Below, in pieces: positions 37,731 to 47,314 of a stretch of DNA of 64,000 nt (the first letter of the stretch is position 1; the number at the start of each line of letters is the position of its first letter). A program made the translations under genes and the position numbers. Where the stretch lies: IMG/VR virus record IMGVR_UViG_3300028886_000075, one strand, 5' to 3'. This DNA comes from a virus. Lineage: Duplodnaviria; Heunggongvirae; Uroviricota; Caudoviricetes. The notes under the pieces are model-generated. The model was not told the origin of the DNA, made no database searches, and saw nothing but the letters and a program-made list of their open reading frames with translations.

Positions 37731-38894
37731 ATGAAAAGTCTTAGTCAAAAAAAGTCTGAAAATAAAAATTTTAAAGTTCAATCAAACAGTATTAATTTTA
37801 TAGATGCTGAAGATTTAAAGAAGTATCTTAAAGTTGCAAATAATTTTATCGGAGAAGATACAAAGGAACTTATTGATTGGTTGATTGTTAATAATAAAAC
37901 ATATATCAGCGATCTTTCAACTGATGACGATGAAAATGCATTAGCAGGATTTTATAAAGCAGGTGAACCTTCAAAAGGTGATTTAAAAGCGCTTTATAAA
38001 TTACTCAAAGATATTATTAAAAGTAATCGTATAATGGAAATTCCTGTTTTTCAAACTAAAGAACAGTTTGAGAATATTATTAATAAGAAAGTCCCAGCTG
38101 ATACAATTATACTAGATCTTAATTCTGAAAGCGGTCGTGCTGCAGTTGCAAAGAAATACGAACCATTAGTACATAAAATTTGTCATCAATGGGTAGGTAA
38201 GATCAATCTTCCTTATGATGATCTTCTTGGATTTGCATATGAGGGTCTTACATATGCAATGAATAACTATGGTAAAAAGAATAAGAAATCTACTGCAACT
38301 GATGAAGCAGTATTATCATATACATTTGGACAGTTTGCTGCATATTGTATTCTTAATCAAATTAAGGGTAATGGAGTTTATGCATCACATCTTGTTAGAA
38401 TTTCACCATCTCAACAAAAGAAAGAACGTCAAGAAAAGGGACATAATACAAAGAACTTCTCTTTATCTGGTGATAAAGTAGTTGGACATAATGATGAAGG
38501 TTCTAAAACATTATTTGACTTTATTGGTTCTGCTGAAAATTCATCTAATGATTTAGATAAGCAAGATCTTGAAAAATTACTTTCTGAAGCATATAAGATT
38601 TTGGAAAAGAACTTTAGTGATAAGACTATGGAAATTTGGTATAGTTTCTATGGAGTAAATGGTCATAAACAACTTTCTAATAAAGAACTTGCCGCTAAAT
38701 ATAATGTAGCTGGTTCAAATATTAGTTATTATTGTTATAAAGTAAATGCATTTATTCTTAAGAACAAAGAAATTCTTGATAAATTTAAAGAAATTAAAGA
38801 ACTTATGAATGAATGTCTTAATGATATTGACCGTGATAGTGATATGCGTGGTACAATGGTAACTAATACTGAAAATATAGATAATGAAGAATAA
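37731..38894 (+). CDS. sigma-70-family RNA polymerase sigma factor (phage-encoded)
   Basis: Region-2-like AAVAKKYEPLVHKICHQWVGKINLPYDDLLGFAYEGLTYAMNNYG and a region-4-like C-terminal HTH (NKELAAKYNVAGSNISYYCYKVNAFILKNK). Confidence 0.6.
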   Translation: MKSLSQKKSENKNFKVQSNSINFIDAEDLKKYLKVANNFIGEDTKELIDWLIVNNKTYISDLSTDDDENALAGFYKAGEPSKGDLKALYKLLKDIIKSNRIMEIPVFQTKEQFENIINKKVPADTIILDLNSESGRAAVAKKYEPLVHKICHQWVGKINLPYDDLLGFAYEGLTYAMNNYGKKNKKSTATDEAVLSYTFGQFAAYCILNQIKGNGVYASHLVRISPSQQKKERQEKGHNTKNFSLSGDKVVGHNDEGSKTLFDFIGSAENSSNDLDKQDLEKLLSEAYKILEKNFSDKTMEIWYSFYGVNGHKQLSNKELAAKYNVAGSNISYYCYKVNAFILKNKEILDKFKEIKELMNECLNDIDRDSDMRGTMVTNTENIDNEE

Positions 38895-39084
38895 TAATAC
38901 TAATTATTCAGAATGGCATGATGTAATATGTAAGAAAGACTTAACTATTGAACGTAAAGAAGGAAATATTACATTTAAAGCTAATAATGAATATAAAGCA
39001 TCAAAAATAAATACTAATTGGTGGCTTATAGACCAAATTGGTGTAAAAAATAATGATTTTAAAAAGTATTTTAAAGATATATAA
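38884..39084 (+). CDS. hypothetical small protein
   Basis: 66-aa ORF that overlaps the upstream stop. Confidence 0.4.
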   Translation: MKNNNTNYSEWHDVICKKDLTIERKEGNITFKANNEYKASKINTNWWLIDQIGVKNNDFKKYFKDI

Positions 39085-39102
39085 AAAGATCAAATAAATT
39101 AT

Positions 39103-39333
39103 ATGAAAAATATCGGAGATAAAATTAACGAAGGACTAAATGTTTCAAAATCTTTTGTCTTAAATATGAAAGAACTTGATTACGATAAATTAATTGATTT
39201 TATTAAAGATATGCAATCTAAAAACGAAGACTTTATTGAATTACAAGTTGATTCATCTCGTAAATGGATTGGATATTCATTTTCAAAAGGAAAAACTGAT
39301 AATATTAGATACAATAAAACTGAATTAAATTAA
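39103..39333 (+). CDS. hypothetical protein, CTS-like N-terminus (MKNIGDKINEG)
   Basis: ORF with a weaker copy of the conserved N-terminal motif. Confidence 0.55.
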   Translation: MKNIGDKINEGLNVSKSFVLNMKELDYDKLIDFIKDMQSKNEDFIELQVDSSRKWIGYSFSKGKTDNIRYNKTELN

Positions 39334-39334
39334 T

Positions 39335-39529
39335 ATGAAACAAATAAAAGAATTTATTAATGAATCAAACGAATGGAATCCATCATTAGATTCTCATAAA
39401 GTTGCATATAATAACTTTGTTAAATGGTATGACAAATGTTTAAAACATTTAAATAAAGAAGAAATATTAGATTTACTTAATGGAGCAATTAAAGAAATTG
39501 AAGATGATTCATTAGATATCATAAAATAA
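39335..39529 (+). CDS. hypothetical protein, CTS-like N-terminus (MKQIKEFINES)
   Basis: Conserved N-terminal motif. Confidence 0.6.
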   Translation: MKQIKEFINESNEWNPSLDSHKVAYNNFVKWYDKCLKHLNKEEILDLLNGAIKEIEDDSLDIIK

Positions 39530-39547
39530 ATATATTGAAACTAATTA

Positions 39548-40069
39548 ATGAAATCAATAACTCAATATATATATGAAGCTGTAGAAAATTATAGATTGAA
39601 TTCTGTTGAAGTTACATATAATGTTCAACCAGAAGAATTAATATTACAAGCACCTGAAACATTCCAAGAGTCAGATATCCAACAATACATAGACGATATG
39701 TGGCTCAATCAACTTCCATCTTCTCAAGACTATTCTGAAAAATTCTTTGGAAAAAATAATGATAATATATCTGATGCATATTTTGAATATGATTCATTTG
39801 AACATCTTTCAGTAGAACCTAAAGATTATATTGAATGGAATTCAAAATATGATGTTAAGAAAAGTGGAGATGACATTACATTAGAATACTTTAAAATAAC
39901 AAATCTTAAATATCATATTAATTTTGATAGATTTGATATGGTTGATGTTGATGATGATAATGTAGAAGAAAAACTTAAAGATATATTTAGAACCACAGAA
40001 TCTAATAAAGAAAATGAATATCCTATAGAAATTCAATTTGATGAAGATTCACTTGAATATAGAAAATAA
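39548..40069 (+). CDS. hypothetical acidic protein, CTS-like N-terminus (MKSITQYIYEA)
   Basis: Conserved N-terminal motif. Confidence 0.6.
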   Translation: MKSITQYIYEAVENYRLNSVEVTYNVQPEELILQAPETFQESDIQQYIDDMWLNQLPSSQDYSEKFFGKNNDNISDAYFEYDSFEHLSVEPKDYIEWNSKYDVKKSGDDITLEYFKITNLKYHINFDRFDMVDVDDDNVEEKLKDIFRTTESNKENEYPIEIQFDEDSLEYRK

Positions 40070-40129
40070 ATAAAACAAAATAAAGATATTATATAGAGGC
40101 ATAATACCAAATACATCTATGATTATCTT

Positions 40130-40339
40130 TTGATTACAAAACCTCGATCTGACTGTAATAAACATATTATTAAACGTGAACATTACTGTAAAAAAGACGG
40201 TGAATGGAAACCTAAGAAAAAGTTTAATAGTGAAGAAGAAGCCAATACATGGATAACAAAATATAAAATGTACAAATATACTGCATATATATGTAAAGTC
40301 TGTGGAAAATGGCATATAGGTATTAAAAAGAAAACATAA
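40130..40339 (+). CDS. small zinc-ribbon-like protein
   Basis: CNKH...HYCKK...CKVCGKWH, 69 aa. Confidence 0.45.
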   Translation: MITKPRSDCNKHIIKREHYCKKDGEWKPKKKFNSEEEANTWITKYKMYKYTAYICKVCGKWHIGIKKKT

Positions 40340-40359
40340 AAACATTAAAAAATCAATAT

Positions 40360-40677
40360 ATGAAAGATTTAATTAGTATAATAACAGAATCAAGAAAAGA
40401 AATATGTCCTGAAGTTCAAAATGAATTCGAAAATGATTATGCATATCAATCTTATACAACAACAAAATCAAAATTTGATTATGGATTTTTAACATTTGAT
40501 GCTAATCAAGAATTTTATTCTGTTGTTGGAGTTAATGAAAACAGTGAATTCATTGATTCTTTATGTAATGATTTTAATTTAGATGCAGAAGAATTATTAG
40601 ATTTAAAAGTTGGTGAATCAATAAGTGATAAAAGCCATGGAGATAATTATAACTATTCAATTTTAAGAATTTGGTAA
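40360..40677 (+). CDS. hypothetical protein, CTS-like N-terminus (MKDLISIITES)
   Basis: Conserved N-terminal motif. Confidence 0.6.
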   Translation: MKDLISIITESRKEICPEVQNEFENDYAYQSYTTTKSKFDYGFLTFDANQEFYSVVGVNENSEFIDSLCNDFNLDAEELLDLKVGESISDKSHGDNYNYSILRIW

Positions 40678-40701
40678 AAATATAAAATATAATCACATAT
40701 T

Positions 40702-41196
40702 ATGAAAAATTTAACTGAAAAACTTAATATACAAAATATTAATGAATCAGTCGCAAAAGATATTAAGATTCCACGTAAAGGAAGCACTGTATATCTTTTA
40801 AAAGATGGTGATTCTAAAGCAATACCTGTAAAAGTCAATAATGTCACAAAGGTTAAGAACTCTTGGTATGGACGTTCAGGTGGATATGATGTAATTATTG
40901 AATTAGAAGATAATGAATATAAATTTGATGGCTGGAAAACATCACATTATGCAGACCCAAAATTAGATGAACCTATTCAAGTAGATACAAAATCAGTACA
41001 TGGAATTGGCACTTTTTACGTTGGTACATCTAAAGAAGTAATTTCAGAATTCATAAAGAATGGTGCGACAAAGAAACTTAAAATGTTACTTAAAGAAATA
41101 GAAGATGCAGAAAATCAACTTGCAGAATTAAATCGTCAAAAGAATGAACTTCAACAAAAGATTGACACTGAAATTACAGAATCTTTAAATAAATAA
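40702..41196 (+). CDS. hypothetical protein, CTS-like N-terminus, C-terminal coiled coil
   Basis: MKNLTEKLNIQNINES. C-terminus LKEIEDAENQLAELNRQKNELQQKI. Confidence 0.6.
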   Translation: MKNLTEKLNIQNINESVAKDIKIPRKGSTVYLLKDGDSKAIPVKVNNVTKVKNSWYGRSGGYDVIIELEDNEYKFDGWKTSHYADPKLDEPIQVDTKSVHGIGTFYVGTSKEVISEFIKNGATKKLKMLLKEIEDAENQLAELNRQKNELQQKIDTEITESLNK

Positions 41197-41205
41197 TTTA
41201 TAATT

Positions 41206-41487
41206 ATGAAAGACATTAAAGAAAAACTATTAAGCCAGATTAATGAAGACAGATTTGCATATTCATGGCAAAATGCTTTCATAAATGCTATCATATCATT
41301 AAATGATGTTGATGGTGAAATTCCTTGTCGTGAAATAGTCAATAAATGGTTTAATGATGAACAAGCTCTTCATGAATTATATACATTCTTATATCGTATA
41401 GATTGTAAACCTGAAAAGAAGGATGTAAATTCTATAGTTGAAGCAATTATAAATAAATCATCAAAATTGAAAACTTACAAGATATAA
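41206..41487 (+). CDS. hypothetical protein, CTS-like N-terminus (MKDIKEKLLSQINED)
   Basis: Conserved N-terminal motif. Confidence 0.6.
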   Translation: MKDIKEKLLSQINEDRFAYSWQNAFINAIISLNDVDGEIPCREIVNKWFNDEQALHELYTFLYRIDCKPEKKDVNSIVEAIINKSSKLKTYKI

Positions 41488-41508
41488 AAATATATGAGTT
41501 AAACAAAT

Positions 41509-41772
41509 ATGAAAAATTTAAAAGATAAATTAGTTTTGGAAAATGAAGAATCTGCAATATTTACATTAACTGCTAAAGATTTAGATAAGATACTTTTTTC
41601 ATTATCATTTACTGCTGGGTGGGCTAGCGAAGTTAATTCATATGAAATGAAAGAATATAAGAAACTTTGGGATGAATTAAATAAAGGAGCAAAGAAATCA
41701 TTTGATGCAGATATGTATGTAGATGACTGGGATGATTATGAACTGGCTCATACAGGAAGCTTTAAACATTAA
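41509..41772 (+). CDS. hypothetical protein, CTS-like N-terminus (MKNLKDKLVLENEES)
   Basis: Conserved N-terminal motif. Confidence 0.6.
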   Translation: MKNLKDKLVLENEESAIFTLTAKDLDKILFSLSFTAGWASEVNSYEMKEYKKLWDELNKGAKKSFDADMYVDDWDDYELAHTGSFKH

Positions 41773-41803
41773 TTATATAATAAATTATGAGAATACTTAA
41801 ATA

Positions 41804-42154
41804 ATGAAAGACATTAAAGAATATATTAATGAATCTAAAAATTTCAAATTAGAATCTGATGAACGTCAAGCTTTAGCAGACTTAATTGGTATGTTATGCG
41901 GTAATATTGGAAATGATGAAGATATAAACAAATTAAAATCTGTAATAGATCAATTAAGTAAAGAAGAAATAAAACAATTAGATAATCTTCATGATTGTTT
42001 AGATGATGAAGAAACATATAAGAAAATAAATCGTAATATTATTATTGATGATATTCCATTGATTAAAAAAATATATAAATTAATGGATGATAATAATTTA
42101 TTAGGAGAACAATGGGATCTTATTGATGCTTTAGAGAAAATAAATGAATATTAA
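41804..42154 (+). CDS. hypothetical protein, CTS-like N-terminus (MKDIKEYINES)
   Basis: Conserved N-terminal motif. Confidence 0.6.
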   Translation: MKDIKEYINESKNFKLESDERQALADLIGMLCGNIGNDEDINKLKSVIDQLSKEEIKQLDNLHDCLDDEETYKKINRNIIIDDIPLIKKIYKLMDDNNLLGEQWDLIDALEKINEY

Positions 42155-42156
42155 AT

Positions 42157-42558
42157 ATGAAACAAATAACATCATATTTGTTAGAAGGTCTTCGTATCAA
42201 TAAAGATATTAAAGTTAATTATGAAAGAGATGATATATACAACATTATAATTGCTGCTTATCTTTCTATATATCGTCTTAAATGTTGGACTGAAACATCT
42301 ACATTTAAAAAGAAAATTTTATATATTAAATATGAAGATATATTAAATATTCTTAATGATAATTTTGAATATACATTTACAAAAGACGATATAAAAAGAA
42401 CATCAGGATATATATGGAAAATTGTTAGAAAATATTTAATACCTATTCAGAATATGATTAATGGATATAATGTAATTATTAGAATTGAAGATGAAAAAAT
42501 AACAATTAATTATAAAGAAATTAATGAAAAGTATAAAGACATTTTAAATAAAAAATAA
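42157..42558 (+). CDS. hypothetical protein, CTS-like N-terminus (MKQITSYLLEG)
   Basis: Conserved N-terminal motif. Confidence 0.6.
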   Translation: MKQITSYLLEGLRINKDIKVNYERDDIYNIIIAAYLSIYRLKCWTETSTFKKKILYIKYEDILNILNDNFEYTFTKDDIKRTSGYIWKIVRKYLIPIQNMINGYNVIIRIEDEKITINYKEINEKYKDILNKK

Positions 42559-43496
42559 TGCAATCTTTGAATAACTATATAATAGAAACAAATATAGAAA
42601 ATATTTTTTTGGATAAATTATGTAATCATATATCATTATCATTATATATTAAATATGGTTACGGAATTTATCCATATGTTTCTTTATATGAATCATTTGG
42701 TAATTTTAAGAATACTCATAAAGTATTATATCATATTATTGAAGTATTAAAAAATGAATTCAAGTCTCAAGAAATAGATTGTACTAATGATAATGTATTT
42801 TTCAAGAAAATAAAAATAGATATAGTTAATGAAGATTATATAAGTGCAAGTTATTTAAATATTAATAATGATAAAATAGATATTGAAATATTATGTTTAG
42901 ATAAAGAAATGTTTATTGATAATATTGAAGAATATACTGAATTGATATTACATGAACTTTTACATGGTTATGAAGATTTTAACCGTAAAACAACTAATAA
43001 ACCAGATATATTTCAATTATGGAATGTTGATTATGAAAAATCTTATTTAAATATAAATAATTTTGATAAGATTAAAAGATATATAAGTAGATGTAAATAT
43101 TTTTTAAATTCACAAGAACGTAATGCGTATTTTTCATCTTTAGAATTATCTATTAAGAAAATAATTAAAGATTATCATATTACTGCAGATAATTTAGATT
43201 ATGAAAAATTCAAACATGGAATTAAACGCGAAACATTATGGGAAATTTATTTTGATTTAGGAACATTTATTCTAGGATTAAATAATATAAATAATGAATA
43301 TAAAAAGGAAATAGAAAAACAATATAATTCATTATATAATACAAACAAATCATTTAACGAAATCAAAAAAGAATTAAATAATAAATGGAAAAAATTTGAT
43401 CATAAATTCAATCAGTTAATTCCTAAAATATTATGTAAAAATATACAAATAAAAGAATTTAAAAATTCTTCTTTTAGTTTGAAAAAATTATTATAA
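42558..43496 (+). CDS. hypothetical protein with an HExxH motif (LHELLHGYEDF), CTS-like N-terminus (MQSLNNYIIET)
   Basis: An HELLH pentapeptide is followed by GY. A paralogous HELNHGY is present in the 63029 ORF. Confidence 0.55.
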   Translation: MQSLNNYIIETNIENIFLDKLCNHISLSLYIKYGYGIYPYVSLYESFGNFKNTHKVLYHIIEVLKNEFKSQEIDCTNDNVFFKKIKIDIVNEDYISASYLNINNDKIDIEILCLDKEMFIDNIEEYTELILHELLHGYEDFNRKTTNKPDIFQLWNVDYEKSYLNINNFDKIKRYISRCKYFLNSQERNAYFSSLELSIKKIIKDYHITADNLDYEKFKHGIKRETLWEIYFDLGTFILGLNNINNEYKKEIEKQYNSLYNTNKSFNEIKKELNNKWKKFDHKFNQLIPKILCKNIQIKEFKNSSFSLKKLL

Positions 43497-43508
43497 AAAC
43501 TTTACATT

Positions 43509-44396
43509 ATGAAGTCATTGAACAACTATATATTTGAATCTAAAGAAGTTTCTACAAAATCTAATAAAGAACGTCGTAAGGAATTGGAAAAATGGTTGAA
43601 ACATAAAAAGTATGACGATTATGTTGATACTTTAAATAAGATGCTTGAAGATCCTAAATCAGCTGCATTATTGGAAGATGGTTTTGGGGGAGAACTTGGA
43701 GATACAAAATTAACATTTTCAGTTAAAGAAATTCCAGTATCTCAGTTAATGCCTACACAAAAAGATATAGATTTAGATAAGTCATTAAAACATGCATTAA
43801 CAGATAAAGAATCTTTAATTAAGACTTTTGCAAATCCAATTGAAATCAATAAGCCTATTGTTACTTTTAGAGAGAATTATGTTATAGACGGTCATCATAC
43901 ATGGCTACAAGCTATAGCATTAAATCCAAAAGGAAAAATATTATCATTTAATTATGACGGTGATATTTCTCCAATTCAGATGCTTAAGGCTGTACAAGGA
44001 ACTATAGCAGCAGTTAAAGCTGATAAGAATAATAATAATGGTAAACTTCCATCAAATAATGTAAAAGGTCCTAATTTCTTTGATGAATCATTTGATGAAA
44101 AGAAAATTAGGAAATATATAGAAGATAATCTTAATGAAGACTTAATAGATCAATATATAGAAAAAATAGAAGAATGCTATGATTACGATTCTACTGTTGA
44201 TTATATAGTAGAACGTCTATTAGATATTAAGTCAAATAATTATCCATTTGATACAGCACCAGATAGAAAGAATATGCCACAAGTATTTAAAGGTGGCACA
44301 GATAAAGATGATAAAAGTTCTGCATTACCTGATAAAGAAGGTTCTGCGATGAATAAACTTAAAAATGATACCTTTTATAAAAAAGCTACCATTTAA
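43509..44396 (+). CDS. ParB/sulfiredoxin-fold nuclease-like domain protein, CTS-like N-terminus (MKSLNNYIFES)
   Basis: VSQLMPTQKDID ... PIVTFRENYVIDGHHTWLQAIALN resembles the ParB N-terminal domain (L-PTQ ... DGHHR). Confidence 0.45.
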   Translation: MKSLNNYIFESKEVSTKSNKERRKELEKWLKHKKYDDYVDTLNKMLEDPKSAALLEDGFGGELGDTKLTFSVKEIPVSQLMPTQKDIDLDKSLKHALTDKESLIKTFANPIEINKPIVTFRENYVIDGHHTWLQAIALNPKGKILSFNYDGDISPIQMLKAVQGTIAAVKADKNNNNGKLPSNNVKGPNFFDESFDEKKIRKYIEDNLNEDLIDQYIEKIEECYDYDSTVDYIVERLLDIKSNNYPFDTAPDRKNMPQVFKGGTDKDDKSSALPDKEGSAMNKLKNDTFYKKATI

Positions 44397-44436
44397 ATAA
44401 GTATAAATATGATAAATTTATAAAATCAGTTACAAA

Positions 44437-44892
44437 ATGAAAGATATAGTTAATTATATTACAGAAGCATCTTCATCAAAATTTGATTATTGGAAAGATG
44501 TAATTAAATTTCCTGGATATGAACTTAAAGTATCAAAGAAATACTTAGACAAGAAAATAAATACAAGATATTATCAGGAAGAATTCTTATATCAATATTT
44601 TGGTTGGATTAACCAATGGATTGATAAGAATGTTAAAAAGATTATTAGTATAGTAACTAAAGAAAATAAAGAGTTTCCAAAAGAAATTTCAATATCTTTA
44701 CCAAGTGAATTACATGGTGTTTTACAATTTGACTGGGATTGTGGTTGGGCAGATAATATACCAACAGGATCTCTTCGTGATGTTGAATTAAAAGTAGATA
44801 ATGTTTCACCAGGATCAATGAGTCATAGTTCATTCTATCAGGCACAAGAAGATTTACAAAATTTTAAATTAAAAGATATAATTAAATTTTAG
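44437..44892 (+). CDS. hypothetical protein, CTS-like N-terminus (MKDIVNYITEA)
   Basis: Conserved N-terminal motif. Ends with TAG, a rare stop in this window. Confidence 0.6.
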   Translation: MKDIVNYITEASSSKFDYWKDVIKFPGYELKVSKKYLDKKINTRYYQEEFLYQYFGWINQWIDKNVKKIISIVTKENKEFPKEISISLPSELHGVLQFDWDCGWADNIPTGSLRDVELKVDNVSPGSMSHSSFYQAQEDLQNFKLKDIIKF

Positions 44893-44943
44893 TTTAATAG
44901 ACAATAAATAATATTTTTAATAAATAGATATTAATATTAATTA

Positions 44944-45498
44944 ATGAAAGACATTAAAACATTTATTTCAGAAGCAAAGAAACAAACACCTAAAAAAGAA
45001 TACCCTATGAAAAAGAAAGAAACTTATGGAGATTTAGGTGAAAAATGGTTTGATAAGTGTAAAGACTTTGCTACGGCAGGAAGTACACAATGGACTAAAT
45101 ACGGTATCAATGATTTTAAAGGATTCTTAGAAGATATGGATAAAGAATTCAAACCAGGTGGAGAAGGCCGTTGGAAAAAGGATTGTGAAGTTCGTTGGGA
45201 AATGTGTCAAGCACTTAAAGATAAAGATTTAGATAAATTTGTAAAAATTGCTAAAGAAAACTATGTTGAAAAATTTACTTTTGGTGCACATCCTAATGCT
45301 GATTACACTTATGGATCATATTTTTTAGATACTTATATGCTTCTTAGAACTTACGAATATATTCTTGATGGCAATATGGTAATTCGTAATGGTATTTTAA
45401 ATGCTATCTGGAGAATTGATGATACTATGGATAATTGGTATGATAAATTTATTGATACAGTTCATAAATTAGAAAAACAAGTTCCTGGACATAAATAA
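44944..45498 (+). CDS. hypothetical protein, CTS-like N-terminus (MKDIKTFISEA)
   Basis: Conserved N-terminal motif. Confidence 0.6.
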   Translation: MKDIKTFISEAKKQTPKKEYPMKKKETYGDLGEKWFDKCKDFATAGSTQWTKYGINDFKGFLEDMDKEFKPGGEGRWKKDCEVRWEMCQALKDKDLDKFVKIAKENYVEKFTFGAHPNADYTYGSYFLDTYMLLRTYEYILDGNMVIRNGILNAIWRIDDTMDNWYDKFIDTVHKLEKQVPGHK

Positions 45499-45528
45499 AT
45501 AATATATCAAACATATAAACATATAAAA

Positions 45529-45840
45529 ATGAAACATATTAAGAATTATATATTAGAAAAAAATGAAGATAAAACTTTAAGTGGATTCTGTATCATAGAT
45601 ATGACAGATGAAACATTGATATCTAGGTGGGGAACTGGTGATTTAAGAAAATGTATAACAGAATTACAAAAGCTTAAAAAGGAAGAAGAAGATAAAGAAT
45701 ATTGGATAGTTGCTGAATTTAATGAAATATATGATTTAGAAGATACTGGTAATTATAGAGTATTATCTTCAAGAGAATATAATGAAAGAGAAGATGATTT
45801 TGGTATTAATCCAAAATTTAAAGAGTATATACTTAAATAA
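45529..45840 (+). CDS. hypothetical protein, CTS-like N-terminus (MKHIKNYILEK)
   Basis: Conserved N-terminal motif. Confidence 0.6.
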   Translation: MKHIKNYILEKNEDKTLSGFCIIDMTDETLISRWGTGDLRKCITELQKLKKEEEDKEYWIVAEFNEIYDLEDTGNYRVLSSREYNEREDDFGINPKFKEYILK

Positions 45841-45857
45841 ACACATATATATGATAT

Positions 45858-47234
45858 ATGAACGTTAAAATTGTTCAAGATAATAGTAGAACTGAACGTA
45901 ATGTTTCAGATGATGTAGTAGAAATACTTTATCAAGAAACTAAAAACTATGAAACACACGATAATTCTAAATTAATTGGTAGTATTGAAATCAATCGTGG
46001 GTATTCTGATGCAGTAGAATTTTTAAATAGAAATTATTCAAATTTAACAATATCTACTAAATTTGAATCATATATAAGATTTGAAGATCCTATTGTTGAA
46101 CAATTAATATTAGATAGATTTTCAACATTAGATACTCCAGTTGGTGATGGCATAGGTATAACACAATCTGATTTAAATAGTATTAATCAAGGTTGGTTTT
46201 GGGATACTTTTCAAAATACTGAAATAACTAAATTTAATGAATTTAAATTATGTATAAATTATAAAAATTTATCAAGTGCAAGTTTTAAAAATTGTACAAA
46301 ATTAGAAGAAATTAATTTAACTAATATTGAAATCATATCTGTAGCTTCATGTTTACAAAATACCAAAATAAAAGAAGCATATTTACCAAATTTAACAAAA
46401 ATAACTGCGGGTAATATTTTTTATAATTGTACAGAATTGGAATCGTTTAATGCTCCTTTATTAGAACAAATAACTGGTGCTTCACATTTTTATAATTGTA
46501 CTTCATTAAAAACAATAAACATACCTATATTTAATGGTAGAATAAGTGAGTCTATGTTTAGAAATTGTTCTTCATTAGAAACATTAAATATAGGAAATAT
46601 TACTGAAATAGTTGGGAGTTATGCTTTTCTTGGGTGTAAAGAATTGTCTTCAATAGATTTATCTGAATGTACAAAAATACAAAGCGATTCTGTATTTAAT
46701 GGTTGTTCTTCTTTAACTAATTTAGGAGATACATCAAATATTACTTATTTTAATGGAACTTGGACATTTTTTAATTGTTCAAATTTAACTGGTACTTTAG
46801 ATTTATCTAATATTAGTAATGATTTTAATTTAACTGGTACATTTAATAATTGTTCAAATTTAACAAAAATAAAATTAGGTGTTACAAATACTATAGGTAG
46901 TAGATGGCATGGTTTTGACAATGATAGAAAAGCATTTTACGGATGTACTAATTTAGTTACAATAGATATTAAACAATTAAACCATACAGCTCTTGAGTAT
47001 AAAAGTGCATTTGGTAATAATCCTGCATTAAGAAATTTTATAATACGTAATACTGAAAATATACCTGCATTTGATAATGAACAAACAACAGTAAATATAA
47101 ATTGTTTTGGTGGATCAAATGTTAAAGTATATGTTGATGATAATTTATTAGAAACATATAAAACTACAGAAGGCTGGGAAGATATGATAGATTATTTATA
47201 TCCTATTAGTGAATATGTTCCTATAGAAGATTAA
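45858..47234 (+). CDS. BspA-type leucine-rich repeat (LRR_5-like) protein
   Basis: Repeats of the form F..C..L..I.L.N.T.I....F..C..L. Confidence 0.65.
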   Translation: MNVKIVQDNSRTERNVSDDVVEILYQETKNYETHDNSKLIGSIEINRGYSDAVEFLNRNYSNLTISTKFESYIRFEDPIVEQLILDRFSTLDTPVGDGIGITQSDLNSINQGWFWDTFQNTEITKFNEFKLCINYKNLSSASFKNCTKLEEINLTNIEIISVASCLQNTKIKEAYLPNLTKITAGNIFYNCTELESFNAPLLEQITGASHFYNCTSLKTINIPIFNGRISESMFRNCSSLETLNIGNITEIVGSYAFLGCKELSSIDLSECTKIQSDSVFNGCSSLTNLGDTSNITYFNGTWTFFNCSNLTGTLDLSNISNDFNLTGTFNNCSNLTKIKLGVTNTIGSRWHGFDNDRKAFYGCTNLVTIDIKQLNHTALEYKSAFGNNPALRNFIIRNTENIPAFDNEQTTVNINCFGGSNVKVYVDDNLLETYKTTEGWEDMIDYLYPISEYVPIED

Positions 47235-47314
47235 TTTATATGTAAAAATTACATATATTATTTAAAAAATTTAATGTTTATACTATATTATATTTGTAAT
47301 TAATAAAATAATTA

